Under the pieces are notes generated by a model. It did not search any database, had not been told where the DNA came from, and saw only the letters and a program-made list of their open reading frames with translations. Shown in pieces: positions 38,170 through 51,600 of a DNA stretch of 64,000 nt. Position numbers and translations under genes: made by a program. Source of the stretch: Octopus vulgaris (lineage: Eukaryota); assembly GCA_951406725.2 (NCBI GenBank), contig OX597817.1, forward strand, positions 105,462,001 to 105,526,000, in the 5' to 3' direction. The stretch's first letter is position 1, and each line of letters begins with the position of its first letter.

Positions 38170-39485
38170 TCTCATACATATAGTTGCATATCTAGACATG
38201 CCCATATATATTTAAATGATAAACTTCTGGAAAATTTTACAGATTTTTACAGTTCTAGTGATGGATTGGATCTATAGTCTTCAAATTAGCTTTCTCCTTT
38301 CTGCTTTCGAGAAGCCTAATTTCTCAAGATTGGTATTTAGGCAGTGTGTTACATATCCCAGGGTCCCAGCAATTACAGATATAAACCTGAACTTGTAATC
38401 TGGATAGAGTAACTGCAGATTTCTTAATAGTTCAGTATAGGTGTTCTCTTTTTCACTGATCTTCAGCTTTATATTAACATCCGCTGGGCAGCTAATTTCC
38501 ACAACTGTGCACAGTTTCTCTTCTCTATCCCAAATCAACATATCAGGTCTGTTGGGCTTACATTTTATTGACGTCTTCACTGGGAAGTATTCCTTTTTAT
38601 TGAGTGTTCATCTTTCTGGTTTTGAGAAGCCTAATTTCTCAAGATTGGTATTTATGTATTTATGTAGTGTGTTACATATCCCAGGGCCCCAAAAATTACA
38701 GGTATAAACCTGAACTTATGATCTGGTTAGAGTAACTGCAGATTTCTCAATAGTTCAGTATTGGTGTTCTCTTTTTCATTGATCTTCAGCTTTATATTAA
38801 CATCCATCCGCTGTGCAGCTAATTTCCACAACTGTGCACAGTTTCTCTTCTTTATCCCATACCTTTTTATTATGAGTGGCTATGGCTTCTACTATATTGT
38901 GAGTTCTTATTTCTTTGTCCTCGAGGTTATTCTTCCCGCGGATTTTCTAATAGAGTGTCATCCATTCATCTGATGATACGTTGCGGTAGAGTCGCGCGAC
39001 TTCTTTGGGCATGCATTCTAGGTTATCAGTCAAAGAGTGTTGCCCAAGAAGCTACCTTCCAAGTCTTATGATGTTATCAGCCTTAAATATGCAAAGTTGA
39101 TCAAGGGAGCACTTCAACACTTGGTCGTTAAAAGATGTTGCCGAAGGGATAGGATATAACATCCAAAGGCATTTTGGATCGATGTTAAGTCTCTGCCAGT
39201 TTGTTTTCGTTTTAGGTAAAGACGATCTACGTCACTGTTTATGTGGAAATTATGTGTGCTTGTTACTAATCTGGTTTATAGTTTTCCTCCTTTTCACAAC
39301 CATATGACAACATTTATCCTGATTAAACTCCAGCCCTACATCCTTTGAGAATGTTGTAACTAGGCCAAGGCTATTTTTCATCTCATGCATAAAGTTTTTC
39401 ATCTTTGCATAAAGTTCTAAGTCATCCAAAAAGAAACAGTGTGTAATTTTGGTATTTCTGTTTCCTTGTGAACCAATGAAATATT
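38170..39485 (-). mobile_element. R4/Dong-like LINE remnant (RT fragment plus restriction-like endonuclease, internally duplicated)
   Basis: ITHCFFLDDLELYAK..DVGLEFNQDKC; KPNRPDMLIWDREEKLCTVVEISCP..KISEKENTYTEL..IAGTLG. Confidence 0.85.
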
Positions 39486-39689
39486 CTTCAGACTTCCTTA
39501 ACATGAATTATAAAGGATTTACAGAAAGTATGGATGGATGGGGTAAGTGTATATGTAATTATTAAATTATCTAAATTATATAAGATTATTTTCAATACAA
39601 AGGGAATTATGATTCTAAAAGAAAATTTTTTCAATAAAAATTTAAATTTTGTAAAAATAAAAAGTATAATTCTGGTAATGGCAGAATTA

Positions 39690-40110
39690 TTCCCCTTGTG
39701 CAATTGTCCCGTCAGAACAGGAACCAGTAGGTCTGGGCCGCTGAGATGGCAAGCGCCCCGACGAAATAACCCTTTTTCCATGCGCGGGAGGAGGATCTTT
39801 AATCTGGAACCCAACATTCTCTGGCTCCAACTTTGCCGCATCAACCGCAAACCCGAGTATCGCTATTCATAACGCCGAGAGGAAGATAAACAAATACAGG
39901 AGCCTGGTCGGTCGCTATCAGTTTGTGCCGATCACCGTCGAGACATCAGGTGTTCTTGGACCCTACACTTCTGATTTCCTCCACAAAATCGAGATAATTG
40001 CAGCCCGTCTGAGAAATGAGCCCCACGAGGTAGGGTGTCAGTTGCAGCGAGTGTTGCTGGCCATTCTCAGCATCAACGCCGTTGCAATCATGTCCACGAG
40101 GCGCGACTAA
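39690..40110 (+). mobile_element. CRE-clade non-LTR element, RLE C-terminal fragment
   Basis: GKRPDEITLFP..YQFVPITVETSGVLGP..FL..EPHE...LQRVLLAI..NAVAI. Confidence 0.72.
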
Positions 40111-40365
40111 AAATGCCATTTGTTCTGGGGTGTGCTACCCGTTACCCGCTCTTCCCATCTTCTGCTCCTTAATCCCCACCTACACACACTTTTTCTTATT
40201 CTTTGTTTCTTTGGTGAGGTAGTTTTTTTTATTTCTCAATAATTTTATCTTTTATTCCTTTAATTTTTTTCTTTCTTTTCTTCCTGTAAGGATACGTTGT
40301 TAATAAAATGTCTTTTAAAAAAAACTGGAGGTTTGTTCGCAGTTTGTCAAATAAAATTTATTCTA

Positions 40366-40529
40366 TAGGCGTAGGAGTGGCTGTGTGGTAGGTAGCTAGC
40401 TTACCAACCACATGGTTCCGGGTTCAGTCCCACTGCGTGACACTTTGGGCAAGTGTCTTCTACTATAGCCTCGAGCCGACCAAAGCCTTGTGAGTGGATT
40501 TTGTAGACAAAAACTGAAAGAAGCCCGTC

Positions 40530-40591
<62 letters not shown>

Positions 40592-40784
40592 TTGTCCCTC
40601 CATCCACTATCGCTTGACAACCGATGTTTACGCCCCTATAACTTACCGGTTCGGCAAAAGTGATTTATAGAATAAGTACTAGGCTTACAAAGAATAAGTC
40701 CTGGGATCGATTTGCTCGACTAAAGGCGGTGCTCCGGCATGGCCACAGTCAAATGACTGAAACAAGTAAAAGAGTAAAAGAGTA
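40366..40784 (+). mobile_element. SINE family B, full copy
   Basis: A-box GGAGTGGCTGTGTGGTAG, B-box GGGTTCAGTCCC, GAGTAAAA tail. Confidence 0.9.
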
Positions 40785-41229
40785 TCGGCTTCACCATAGA
40801 AGGAAAAGCTTTTTGTTGATATTATTCATCCTTTAATAGTCATGTTTATTTATGTTTTATATGCGTTTGATTCTGTTTACAAAATCAGAGCAGAAATCTT
40901 TTGAAATGTTTTATATATCTTGCTTTTTACTCTAGTTTCACTATAGTTCATAACAAGCAATGACTTTTCTAGTTTTTATAAAATTTTCGATATTTTTCTA
41001 AATTATGTTTGCAAGATTAGGGAGATTTCGATTCTGCAAACTAAAACAATGATATAATAAAACCTACAAATTCTATTTTTGTTTCTAAGTGTGCGTGCGT
41101 GCGTACTTTCGTGCCTGCACATACGTATTCTGAAATTCTGCCGTCGGAATTATTTTTTACTGAAGTGTTGGTTCACATATTTAAAATCTAGTCTCCCTAT
41201 TACTTCCCTGTTTTACCGGGATAATCAAG

Positions 41230-42600
41230 GACAAATTTATATGGAGTGACTTGGCATTAAGGAGTGAAACGTACAATTTCTTGTAATTCAGACCGCCTCG
41301 TGGTTCCAGCAGACAAAATGGAAAAGACATTGCTCCAAAGGATGGCGAGAGAGATGCACTGGAATAGCCATTCTGATTCACATTACTCACACTTGCGGAT
41401 AGCCATCTCCGCTCCGATAGTGGTGAGCAGGGATATGGACCGGGGACCGAGAATGCCGAAGAGAAAAAGAGCTTGCAAAATCTCTGAGTAGCTCCTACAG
41501 TTATTGCGTGGTGCAAAGCATCCTCGATGTTTATTTCATCAGTGAATTAAGATATTTTAACTAGTTAAAATTACACGTGTAATGAGAAGACAGTCATTGG
41601 CTTAATGAGTGCATTAAGTTTAGAAAGGAAAGGGAGGCAACCCCGAAATTTTAATTAAACTTGATTGTGAGCAATGCACTGGAATGTCTGATCTTAACAT
41701 CAGCGGCACAATGAAAATAGTCTCCCCCAGTACTGCATGACCAAAGACGACATAGATATAGGATTTATATATGAGGTTCCTTTGTGGAGGGGTATCATAG
41801 TTAACATTTTTGGTCGCGCGTTAAGTTATATTAATATCGACTTCACCATTTGGTTTTCAAGTAGAGCGTGACTCCGTGTATCCACCTCACCCACCGTCGG
41901 TCCTTACTGTACATTTAGTTGGATATTTCATAGTTATGCACATTTGTATTTCATTTTCTTTCAGAGTAATGAACTAAAGCAAACGATTTATTCTAGTCAA
42001 TAAAAATAAACAGCTTTAAATGTGTTTAGCCAAACGAATTCATTATCAATATTGATTTTTTGTTTGTTTGTTTTTGGAGGTGGGTGTTGTGCATTTAATT
42101 TGTGGGGAGACTTTTTCGAAATCATTATGAATATTGATAAATTGGTGAATAAAGAAACCTCATAGTGGATGATTCTGCCTCTCATTTCGTCAAACACGAT
42201 AAATTAATCAGACGTCTTAACATAAAACTAGCCCTAGCCAAAATAAATATCCCCTTAATTCTGGAGCCAGCTGAATTGTCCATCGACAATAGGAAGAAAT
42301 CTGATAGGCTTTTCTTTACTCATGGGCTAGAAGTAGATGCCTTATACGAAATGTTAATTGGTTCTTTTGCTCCAGCAAATACAGAAGGGGATTGTTGCGC
42401 CCATAGCCGAACGGGGAAATATTTTGAAATATAGTAATTTGCTGGGGAATCTTTTTTTGCAACCTGTGACTTTCGAAGTGCTGCTGACAACCAAATTTTT
42501 GTCATCGTTAGTACCTCAATGATGTTACTGACGTTATTTAGCTGCTTTTCCCAGGGTTTTAGCTTCAAGATTACCTGCAGAATGCTGTATGTTGAATTAC
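41230..42600 (+). mobile_element. Interrupted, highly decayed CRE-like element fragments
   Basis: HDKLIRRLNIKLALAKINIPLILEPAEL..RKKSD resembles the CRE RLE region. Confidence 0.45.
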
Positions 42601-42764
42601 CTATATAATGTTTAAAAGGACATAACAGAATTACTTCCTACTGTGCTTAATGTAAACTGTTATTAGAAATTTTAATAAAACTTAGTTAAATTTTTAGTAT
42701 AAACATGAATGCAATACATTTCATAGAAAAACAAGTGAACCGGTTCTTGTTTACAAAACCAACA

Positions 42765-43400
42765 AGCGGGATTCTGGTTTAAACACCCCATACAACCCTC
42801 GTAACATTTCTTTTATTTTTTTGGAATTTTCAGAAAATTATTGCGAATTCCTGTTCCACACACGGGGATTCATCGATTAGGCAAAAAAAAATGTGTGATT
42901 TAAGGAGGATTTAGCAGTTAGATTTAGCACATCTCACGACCACCTGATACCTTCCTCGTCTCTTTGTCACTGGCATTTTTGGTGTTTCAGTTTTTTTTCT
43001 TCACATAAACACATTTAATGGAATGATAATGCTACCAAGGGTGGTACAGTGCTGGGATTTAAGGAAAAAATTTATACTGTCCATATTTTAAACTCTGATT
43101 AAAATTTTTCTTTTAATAAAACTTTTAGGATTTATGGGGTGAGGGAGGGTTAAAACAATTTATATATATCATAATAGTGAGAATTCCCGTATAAAAAAAC
43201 ACAAATTCACAAAATTTTCTGAAAATTACAAGCCATAAAAAAATTATGAAATGAAAGTCTAAATCACACATTTTTTATGCACAAACGTGTGAATTCCCGT
43301 GTGTAGAATACGAATTCGCAAAAAAATTCTGAAAATTCAAAAAAAAAAATTTGAATGTTATGAAGGGCTATGTCGAGTGCCTAAACTAGAATTCTGTCAA
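42765..43400. repeat. Inverted pair of a dispersed repeat (MITE-like) upstream of MRM3; third copy at about 34985-35100
   Basis: About 42765-42903 is an imperfect reverse complement of about 43260-43397 (GAATTTTCAGAA..TTGCGAATTC / GAATTCGCAA..TTCTGAAAATTC). Confidence 0.75.
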
Positions 43401-43585
43401 CCTACAAATTATATTTCATTTTAGATATTAATAAAAAAAATAATACAGGTAGTAATTAATTTTGGTAAGATGATTAGGATAAAACAAGTATATTTCTTTA
43501 GAGTAAATATAACCAACACAAATAACTAAACAAACCGTTCAGATGACAGAAGAGCGTACATGAAAAAACCAAACCTAAAGAGCAC

Positions 43586-43605
43586 CCGGAAGTGTCCGGT
43601 CACGT
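43586..43605 (+). promoter_or_regulatory. Putative MRM3 core promoter: ETS/GABP site CCGGAAGTG plus GTCACGT (E-box/CRE-like)
   Basis: CCGGAAGTG at 43586-43594 and GGTCACGT at 43598-43605, directly upstream of the ATG. Such sites are common in housekeeping and mitochondrial-gene promoters. Confidence 0.5.
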
Positions 43606-43618
43606 ACATTAAGCAAGC

Positions 43619-43905
43619 ATGGCTGTCTTTTTAAGGACGATGTTGTTTATTGGTACTCGGTCGAGACCTCAGGCTTGTTTGTGCAAAGGAAAACATTCCT
43701 TTGGAGTCCACAGACCTATGGTTAATAAGATTTCCCCCGAGGAAGAAAAAAAGAAAATATTAACGAAGAAAGGTTTCCTTCAACCGAAAATTAACAAAGT
43801 GAAAGGCTCAAAATTCAACACAAGAAAAGACAAAATAGTTGGAACACAAGAAAATACTTTGGTGTTTCATAGCGAAAAACTTTCATCAGAAGATCCAAGA
43901 TTCGG
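43619..43905 (+). CDS. MRM3: MRM3 (RNMTL1) mitochondrial rRNA methyltransferase 3, coding exon 1
   Basis: ATG at 43619. Basic, acid-poor N-terminus (MAVFLRTMLFIGTRSRPQACLCKGKHSF) is presequence-like. Donor GG|GTTAG at 43905/43906, phase 2, joins exon 2 in frame (DPRFG|SQINIAKSR). Confidence 0.82.
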
Positions 43906-46900
43906 GTTAGCTTACTTTCTTCCCTCCCTTCTTCTCTTCTTTTCTTCAGAAACACTGTATTTGTATTAAGCGAAGTTATTTCAGAAGAATGCTATGCGAA
44001 GTTCAAAGATGGTCAATCCAGAGTTCGAGCAGTCCCTTGAACAAAAAAAGTGTTTTAATCGTGACCATTCCGTCACTTCGTTTTATTTAGATATTGTTTA
44101 TTTAATCATCTTCTTTAAGAAGTTGGATGTATGATTTAAAGGACCTTCGGCTGTTATTTCTATTTATGGACGGCAGCTGAATAGCTCCATCGTTAAATCG
44201 TCCTTTAGTTTGTAAGAAATATCAGGCCGTAGTTGCTTCATTAGTCGTCATGTAGTTCATAAAATAGATGTAAGATGCTTATATTATTATCTACCTAGTT
44301 ACGTTGCTTTTCGATTGTAGAAATAAAGGTGAAATTAACAAATCGAAAGTAAGTTGGAACTGGTGAAGGATCAAAGGGGATGTACTAGCCCGATGATAAT
44401 TCAGATATTTATATAAAATATTCGAACAAACTAATATAACTGTAAAATATAATATTTTCATTTAGCTATTCTGAAAGAATTCGTGACTCTGTTACTAATT
44501 ATTTAGTACGTTAATTTCATCTTGAATGCCTGCTTCTACGATCTGTACGGCTTCCATTCAGCCAAATCTCGCGGGCTCCACTTTTGTTATTCAATCTCAA
44601 TCGTTCCTGGTCCGTGAAAAACTCGGTGTAAACACTCGTTGCATTTGTTATTAGCAAAGTGTTTAATTGTTTCTGGCACGAAAGCTACGCCTTTTTTTTT
44701 TAGCCTCTCAGATTAGAAGTTTTGTGCCAGGTCGTACCATCTCAGTGTGTGCAGACGAACCTCTTGTCCACATTCCATCAAATTATCGTTGTTTCAACGT
44801 TCGGTTATGACTCTCTAACTTTCATTTTCTCTTTTAGATTACCAACCTACCTCCTACAGATGCTCATTTCAACCCGACTTGAGAGCATCTTACGTGGTCG
44901 TACAAGTTAGAAATAACCAAATTTTACCCAAATTTCCCTCAAATCACAACCTAAAAATTACTTTGGCTTATGTGATCCTGTGTTCTCTGCACATAGGATA
45001 AGACGATGGGATGGCCATGCTTGGGATGCGTTTATCGTAGATCTATTCAAAATTCACTCAGTACTAAACAGTTCAACAAAGCCCATTCATATAAAGGATA
45101 ACACTGATCCCACCCTCTGCAAACAAGTGTCATCCACATAATCTATACACACTGAGTCAAACCAACACTGCTTCCATGAACAGATACCCAAAACATTCTT
45201 ATATGGGGACATAACTTTTTTCCAACAGAAGAAAAACAACCTTCACTCTCTTTAGTCTTAGACAACAACTAAAACGCTCAACGTTTGTGCAAACGCTAGG
45301 CCTCACAATCTCTGATGACCTCATCTGGCAATCTCACTTCCATAGCATAGTTAAAGCTGCGTCCTGGAGACTAACTTTCTTCAGGACTAGAAAAAGTTTT
45401 AGCTCAGACCCATATAAAGACCATCATGCTCTAGCCCCTATCACAGACTCCCTGTCTTCTTATTCTATCTTTTCTACAACTATTATTACAGCCTGCTACC
45501 TAGTTGCATACTCCCCAAACCCTAGCCCACCAATCTCTCTTCCTCTCTTCACTTAACCTGTGTCCTCAATACCAACCATATTTCCAATCGTTCCACCTCA
45601 AGAATGAAGTACCTGAAAATTCCATCTTGTCCATTTTATTACTGTTTAGTCTCAGACTAGATCTGATTGATTAAGCTTTTACTCAAAAGCTTTTTTCATT
45701 CATTTCTTTTTTTTTTCCTTTCACACATGTCTTATCCTATGTTCCTATTTTAAGTCAGTAGGGGCGAGTTTTGGTTGTTGTTTTTAGTAGGTCCAGTGAC
45801 CACATAGAGGCACTCTAGTTGGTTCATTCCCATCCAGATTTCTCTTGAATAGCTGTAAACTGGCAGCTATTCAAGTAAGTAATGGCCACAGTTGCTTCCC
45901 CTAAACAGAAACATTTATAGATGGGGGTTTTATATAACTATTTTGTTAATTCCCTTAGATTTACCGACAACTCTTGCAACTATAAAATGAAGTATCCTCA
46001 AAGATTTTTTAGTTAAGTTGCTTCCTCGTCTGTTTCAATACTGTGAGTTAATAACGAGTTGTTAATTACGAAGTAGTCTTAATTAGTAGGCCTAAGAGTA
46101 TAACTTTCCATCTGTGACAATTCCCTAACTTTTCTTTCAGTTAATATCCATTTTATTCTTTCCGGTTTTTTTAAGCAGTAGGGTGTGATTTAGAGACTTA
46201 GCTATTTCGAGAAGGTCGAGCGACTCTGCAAAATATCCTATGTTAATTCAAACACCTCCTCATTGTGTAACCTTATTTGCAGTTAGGTGGACTGAACCCC
46301 CTTAAAATTAGAGTGTCCTAGTTATGGATAATAGTTAAACTTAGAACAAGATACACCCCACTGATTGTTCAGTTAGTAGTCGCGGACATGACTCAGCCAT
46401 TTGAGGCTGTCTGGTCTCAATCACAGGAATGTAACCATGCTAGAGCACAAACTTCGAGCATTTTAGTGGATTATTTTGGCTCCAGTACTTTGTCTTGCAT
46501 TTATTTTATCACTCTCTCTCTCTCGAAAAGCTCAGTTGGCCTTTTTGTTTACGTTTATTCAAGGAGTTACCTCCCTTTAGGTAGTAAACGTCACTAAGTA
46601 TTAACCCACTAAAGTGCTGGGATTTACATTTAAATATAGCATGGACTGCTGAACACATTTTATGAAAATGAGACTACCATGCACGCATAAAAAACAAAAA
46701 ATAGTTCAAATGTCTTAGTATATAATGGTGGCAAGTTTTACATCATCTGAAAAGTCATTAGTTGAACTATTAGTCCTCTTGCATTCTTGGGAGTATTGAA
46801 GCTTTTGGGCGACATTAAACCCCAACTAACACCCATAAATTAAATGCATCTATCGTGGCCTGTTGACCTTTACCTGACGCCCACGATCATGTCCCGTTGC

Positions 46901-47327
46901 GCTTTATGTGTTAACTCCAGTAAACACAGACACACACACTCATATACAGGCTTCTGCGCCATTTCCCCAATCAAATTTCTCTCATAGCATATTGTGTATT
47001 GGAGAATATAATGAAAGTATACCTAGGAATCAGAATTAAAATTGACCAAATTCTTAAATATTGATAACTTTTTGTTGTTTAGCCCAAAGTCAGCCTTAAG
47101 AAGACTTATGAGTAAAGCATTGCAGCTGTGACATTCCCCTACTTTCAGATAACATTATCTAGTGTATCTATTCTTTTTTAAAGTCAGTAGGGTATGATTG
47201 AAAGGACGCTTAGCTGTTTTTTTTCTTTTAATAAGTTGAGCAATTCTGCAGAATTGTTAATTCATTCAGTTTGTTTTAGTATTTCAAGATACATGATATG
47301 TTGTTTATAATATTAATATTCTTTAAA

Positions 47328-47532
47328 GCTGGCTGAATCGTTAGCATGTTGGACAAAATGTTTAGCAACATTTCATCTGTCTTTAGATTCTGAGTTCAAA
47401 TTCAGCTGAGATCAACCTTACCTTTCATCCTTTCAGGGTTGATAAAATAAGAACCAGTTGACCATTGGAGTCAATCTAATCGACTTAACCCCTCCCCTGA
47501 AATTGCTGGCCTTGTGCCAAAATTTGAAATCA
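47328..47532 (+). mobile_element. SINE family A in MRM3 intron 1
   Basis: Similarity to other copies; ends about 60 bp before exon 2. Confidence 0.85.
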
Positions 47533-47591
47533 ATATCAATATTCTTTATTAGATTCCATGTTCTTTTATCTGTGTTATCTAATTCTTTCAG

Positions 47592-47836
47592 ATCCCAGAT
47601 TAATATTGCCAAATCGAGAAAGACTCGTTATAAAACTGGAAAGATTTTCCTGGAAGGTAAAAGACTGATTATGGATGCATTGGAAAGTGGTGCTGAGTGT
47701 TCTGTCATGTATGTAACAAGTGAAGTAGAGCCATTCAGTCTACCAGCTCATCTTGTTGGCAAATTTCCTATCTATAAAGTTCAATATAAACATTTGAAAT
47801 TATGGTCAGATGTTGTTACACCATCTGGGATTGCAG
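47592..47836 (+). CDS. MRM3: MRM3 coding exon 2 (N-terminal SpoU substrate-binding domain)
   Basis: Acceptor TTCTTTCAG|A, donor GCAG|GTAAG. Encodes KSRKTRYKTGKIFLEGKRLIMDALESG...KVQYKHLKLWSDVVTPSGIA, matching MRM3/TrmH-family motifs (EG.RLI.DAL, WSD.VTP.GI). Confidence 0.93.
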
Positions 47837-48635
47837 GTAAGAAGTTCTTTTTTATTTCTACAAGTAATTTTTGTTCTTTCATATGCTGTACTGGACCTCT
47901 TATTCAGGAATACTCTACAATACCACAATTTACTGTACTATGTATTGAGTGAACATATCCATTTTTGTTTGTTTTGTTTTTTTATTAAGTCAATTAATTT
48001 GCATATGATGTGTTAAAAATAGTTTTGTTTTTTACTTTTTTAAGTCGACTGATATAGATTAAACATTCTCTGCTTCAGAAGTGTATTAATTTGTACCTGT
48101 ATCAGTGAAATTATATCCTGTTTTTCACTTTTTCTCTTTAATTTTCATCTTATAAACATTATACTGTATACATGGTGCAGTATGATATATTTTAATTGGA
48201 TTAATAAATATCAAACAGGCCCTGCTTTAGATTGATGCTTTCTCTGCCCCTCTCTTATTTCTTGTCAGCAACTGTTAGCTTTTTTCTTTCTGCCATTAGA
48301 GGCATTGCACTTATAATACTTTGCATTCAGCAAGCAGTTACTGAATTCTTTTCCTCATTTTTAGGATTCAAATGTTCTTTAACTGTTGTTTGTTCACCAA
48401 CTTTGTTTTATATTTCACTTATAGGAAAAGGTAGTAACATCACATAAGTTACTAAATCTTCCAGTTTTAATGGACAAAATCAAATAAGCTTGCAAACAAG
48501 CTGATGAACTATTTATTTCTTCATCTCTTTATGCCAGTATTTAAGGATTTTGGTCCAAACTTGACACTACCCACCTTTACTAAATGAAAGAACACCTCTA
48601 TTATTCTACTCTAAGACAACTCTCATCCCATACAC

Positions 48636-51600
48636 CAGTGGCGTGCGGTGACTTCCGGCGTTGGGCATGCAATTAATTTTTCAGTAAAACATTTTCGTAT
48701 TCCTACGATTTACATATAAGAGATTCTGAATATGCAGAATAAACAGGGAATAAAAAATGGCTGTGCAGAGATGATCCTGAAATAAGTGTATTGTTTGTAT
48801 TATTCTTTGCTCTTCGAAACGTCAGTACTTTCCCATCCTCATTCTCCCTTAGAAAAGTCTAAAAATCATAAGTGAAATGTAATAAAGATGAAATTGGATT
48901 CTGTCAATATTTTTGCATATTCAGAATCTCTGTTAAAGGTAGGAATCCGAAAAAAATTTTCACATAAATTTGTTTTTCAAAGGGGTGCGATTCTGCATTA
49001 GCCCCTATACCTATCGGTTGAGCTGAATGAAATGATTTAATTAAAAGAACACATTTAGTTACATTATATGGCCATGGTTTTAGATCGTTACGCTCTCGAA
49101 GACAAGTCAGGTTCTTTATCATGCTACTTGTCAATTCCGGGAAAATTATTGACTGTTCTGAGACTTACTGAACTCCGTACATTAAAGGACTACGTCTCAC
49201 GCACAAACATTGAAAATACACGCATATACATGAATACGCACACAATGAAAGACAGCGAAAATTCAACATTGTAAAAAGCCTCCCAAAACTGTTGTGGCAG
49301 AAGTCAACATCTCTGAGATTGAAACAAGACACTTATTGAAAGTGAAACAAAACACTTATTTACGGCCGTAAATAGACTACACCCAGCAGCACAGAAAGGG
49401 AAATCTATGTAGGTTAGGTTTCACGAAGAAATCAAAACATTTCTCCTGCGAAACAATACTGATGTAAGAAGGTCGAACCTTACGTTATAACAAACACTTA
49501 GCAAAACCTGTAATATATGCTCTTTAATATATTTTTTTTTATGTTTTAAAATGTTACTTAGCTCATTTATAAATTAATTCAATTCTTCGATCTTTCTGGG
49601 CAAATATATCTATCACATTTTCATAGAAATCTTCTCTTTTCATCAATTCTTGTAATAAATCTTTTTCAATTGACATTAGTGCTAACCCAGACAGTCTTCT
49701 TTCTCCTGTCGCATTTCTTTGGTATGTTTTAATTCTACTTAATGCAGAAAAGGATCGCTCTACAGAAGCAGTGGTAGACGGAATTGTCAAAATCAACTTG
49801 CACAGATTGAAGAGTTCTGGCATAGCTTCAACAAGATCAGTGCTGTTAATGTAACTCATTAAATGACTTACACTTGGTTTTTTAAAATCTTTCATTGAAT
49901 ACATCACATTGAGCTCACTTTGTAATCGTATTACATCAAAAAATCTGCCATAAGTTGTTCTTAAAGAATCTAAAGAGTCCACAGGAAATTGTTTGCAATA
50001 CTCATCAACTTTGTTGAAATTCAAAAGTTCCATGAATTTAAACTCTTCTAAGGATGAATATCGTGCTTTTATTTGGTCAACTATTGTACTTATAATTTTG
50101 TTATAAAGCGTTCTATAATGTCGTTGGGGATCAATAGATATATTCTTGGATCTCTGAATTCCGATTCCTGCATCGACTCCATATTTTTCCCCTAACCTAT
50201 CATAAAAGACTGAAAAATTATCAAGTTTGTTTTCGAGTACAGTTCTAGTTTTATCTATTTGCTGTTTACAATACACTATGTCATGACTTTTACTCTGGAG
50301 TATGTTAAATAAGACGTCAGTAAAAGAAAAAATGTCACTGAATACCTCTAACAAAAATAAGAAATCAGGAGCTTTTAAAGTGTGTAAGAATCCAATTGCT
50401 GAATTTATGGTGATATCATCCCATGCTTCAGGATTTTCAATGATGTGTTCAAAAAGGCTGATTATGAAATTATAATTTTCCTTTGTGGTAATAATAAGAC
50501 GTGAGGAGTAATTCCATCTAGTTGCTGTTGCTTTCGGAAATCTTTTTTTAACAATATTATCTAATGCATTAGTCCTTTTCGGTGATTTCGTAAAAAATGT
50601 ACCGAGTCCGTTTATTGTAGAAAAAAATATCTTGCATTCTTTCATAGCAGAGCATGATTGTGAAAGAACTAAATTTAGGATATGGGCACAACAATGAATA
50701 AAGATCGCACATTCATATTTCTTTCTTACTTTTGCCTGTAACCCATTTAGTTGTCCTGCCATTGTAGCGGCACCATCATATGTCTGCGCAATCAATTTGT
50801 TTCCACATTCCCACGTCTCAATGCATTTAAAAACATGTTCAGATAAAGCATTTGCAGATCGATCTGCACTAACATCACTAAAACCGATAAATGGTTCTTT
50901 CGTCACACAGTCTTCTGTAACATAACGTAAAACTGTTGACAGTTGTGAAGATGCTGAGACATCAGATGTCTCATCAACAAGAATAGAAACAAACTTAGCT
51001 TGGTCAATTTCCTTCTGCATCTCATTCAACATAACTTTATGAATTGCTTCGATCAAGTCATTTTGAATTCTGTTCGACAGACCAGTGAAGATAGAAGCTG
51101 TATCTAAATGACTTTCCATTTGTTTGTCATACTTACTGATCAAATAAACGAGTTCTTTATAATTTCCCCGATTATTAGAGCCTTCAGATTCAAAATGACC
51201 CCGAAACGATAATTCCTGGGGGCCTAAAAAAATAACAACATCGATCAATCGTTGCAGAATGGATCTGTTTCGTCGAACTTTCTCATTATGCTGTTGTATG
51301 CTTTGATTTTTACGTGCATCTAATTGTAAGTCTATGCGAACATTCCCGAATATTTTAAGGTCTATCAAACATTTTATATGCCTTTGAGAACGCTCGTGCT
51401 TTAGCATAGCCATATGTAAATTATTTAAATCATCATAGCCTTTATCATTCCAAACATTTTTTTCTAAGCCAAAAAGTAAACACGGCCAACAGAATAATTT
51501 ATTAAGAGCAACACTTCCAGTTAACCATTTCTTCTTTTCATACGAATTAACCTGAAATTGTCTCGTGAATTTCTAGTTGTAGCTTCGCAAATTAGGTAAA

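Noticed and set aside
47458-47591. 5' extension of ORF 47458..47952
   Set aside because: SINE and intron sequence; the real exon starts at 47592.
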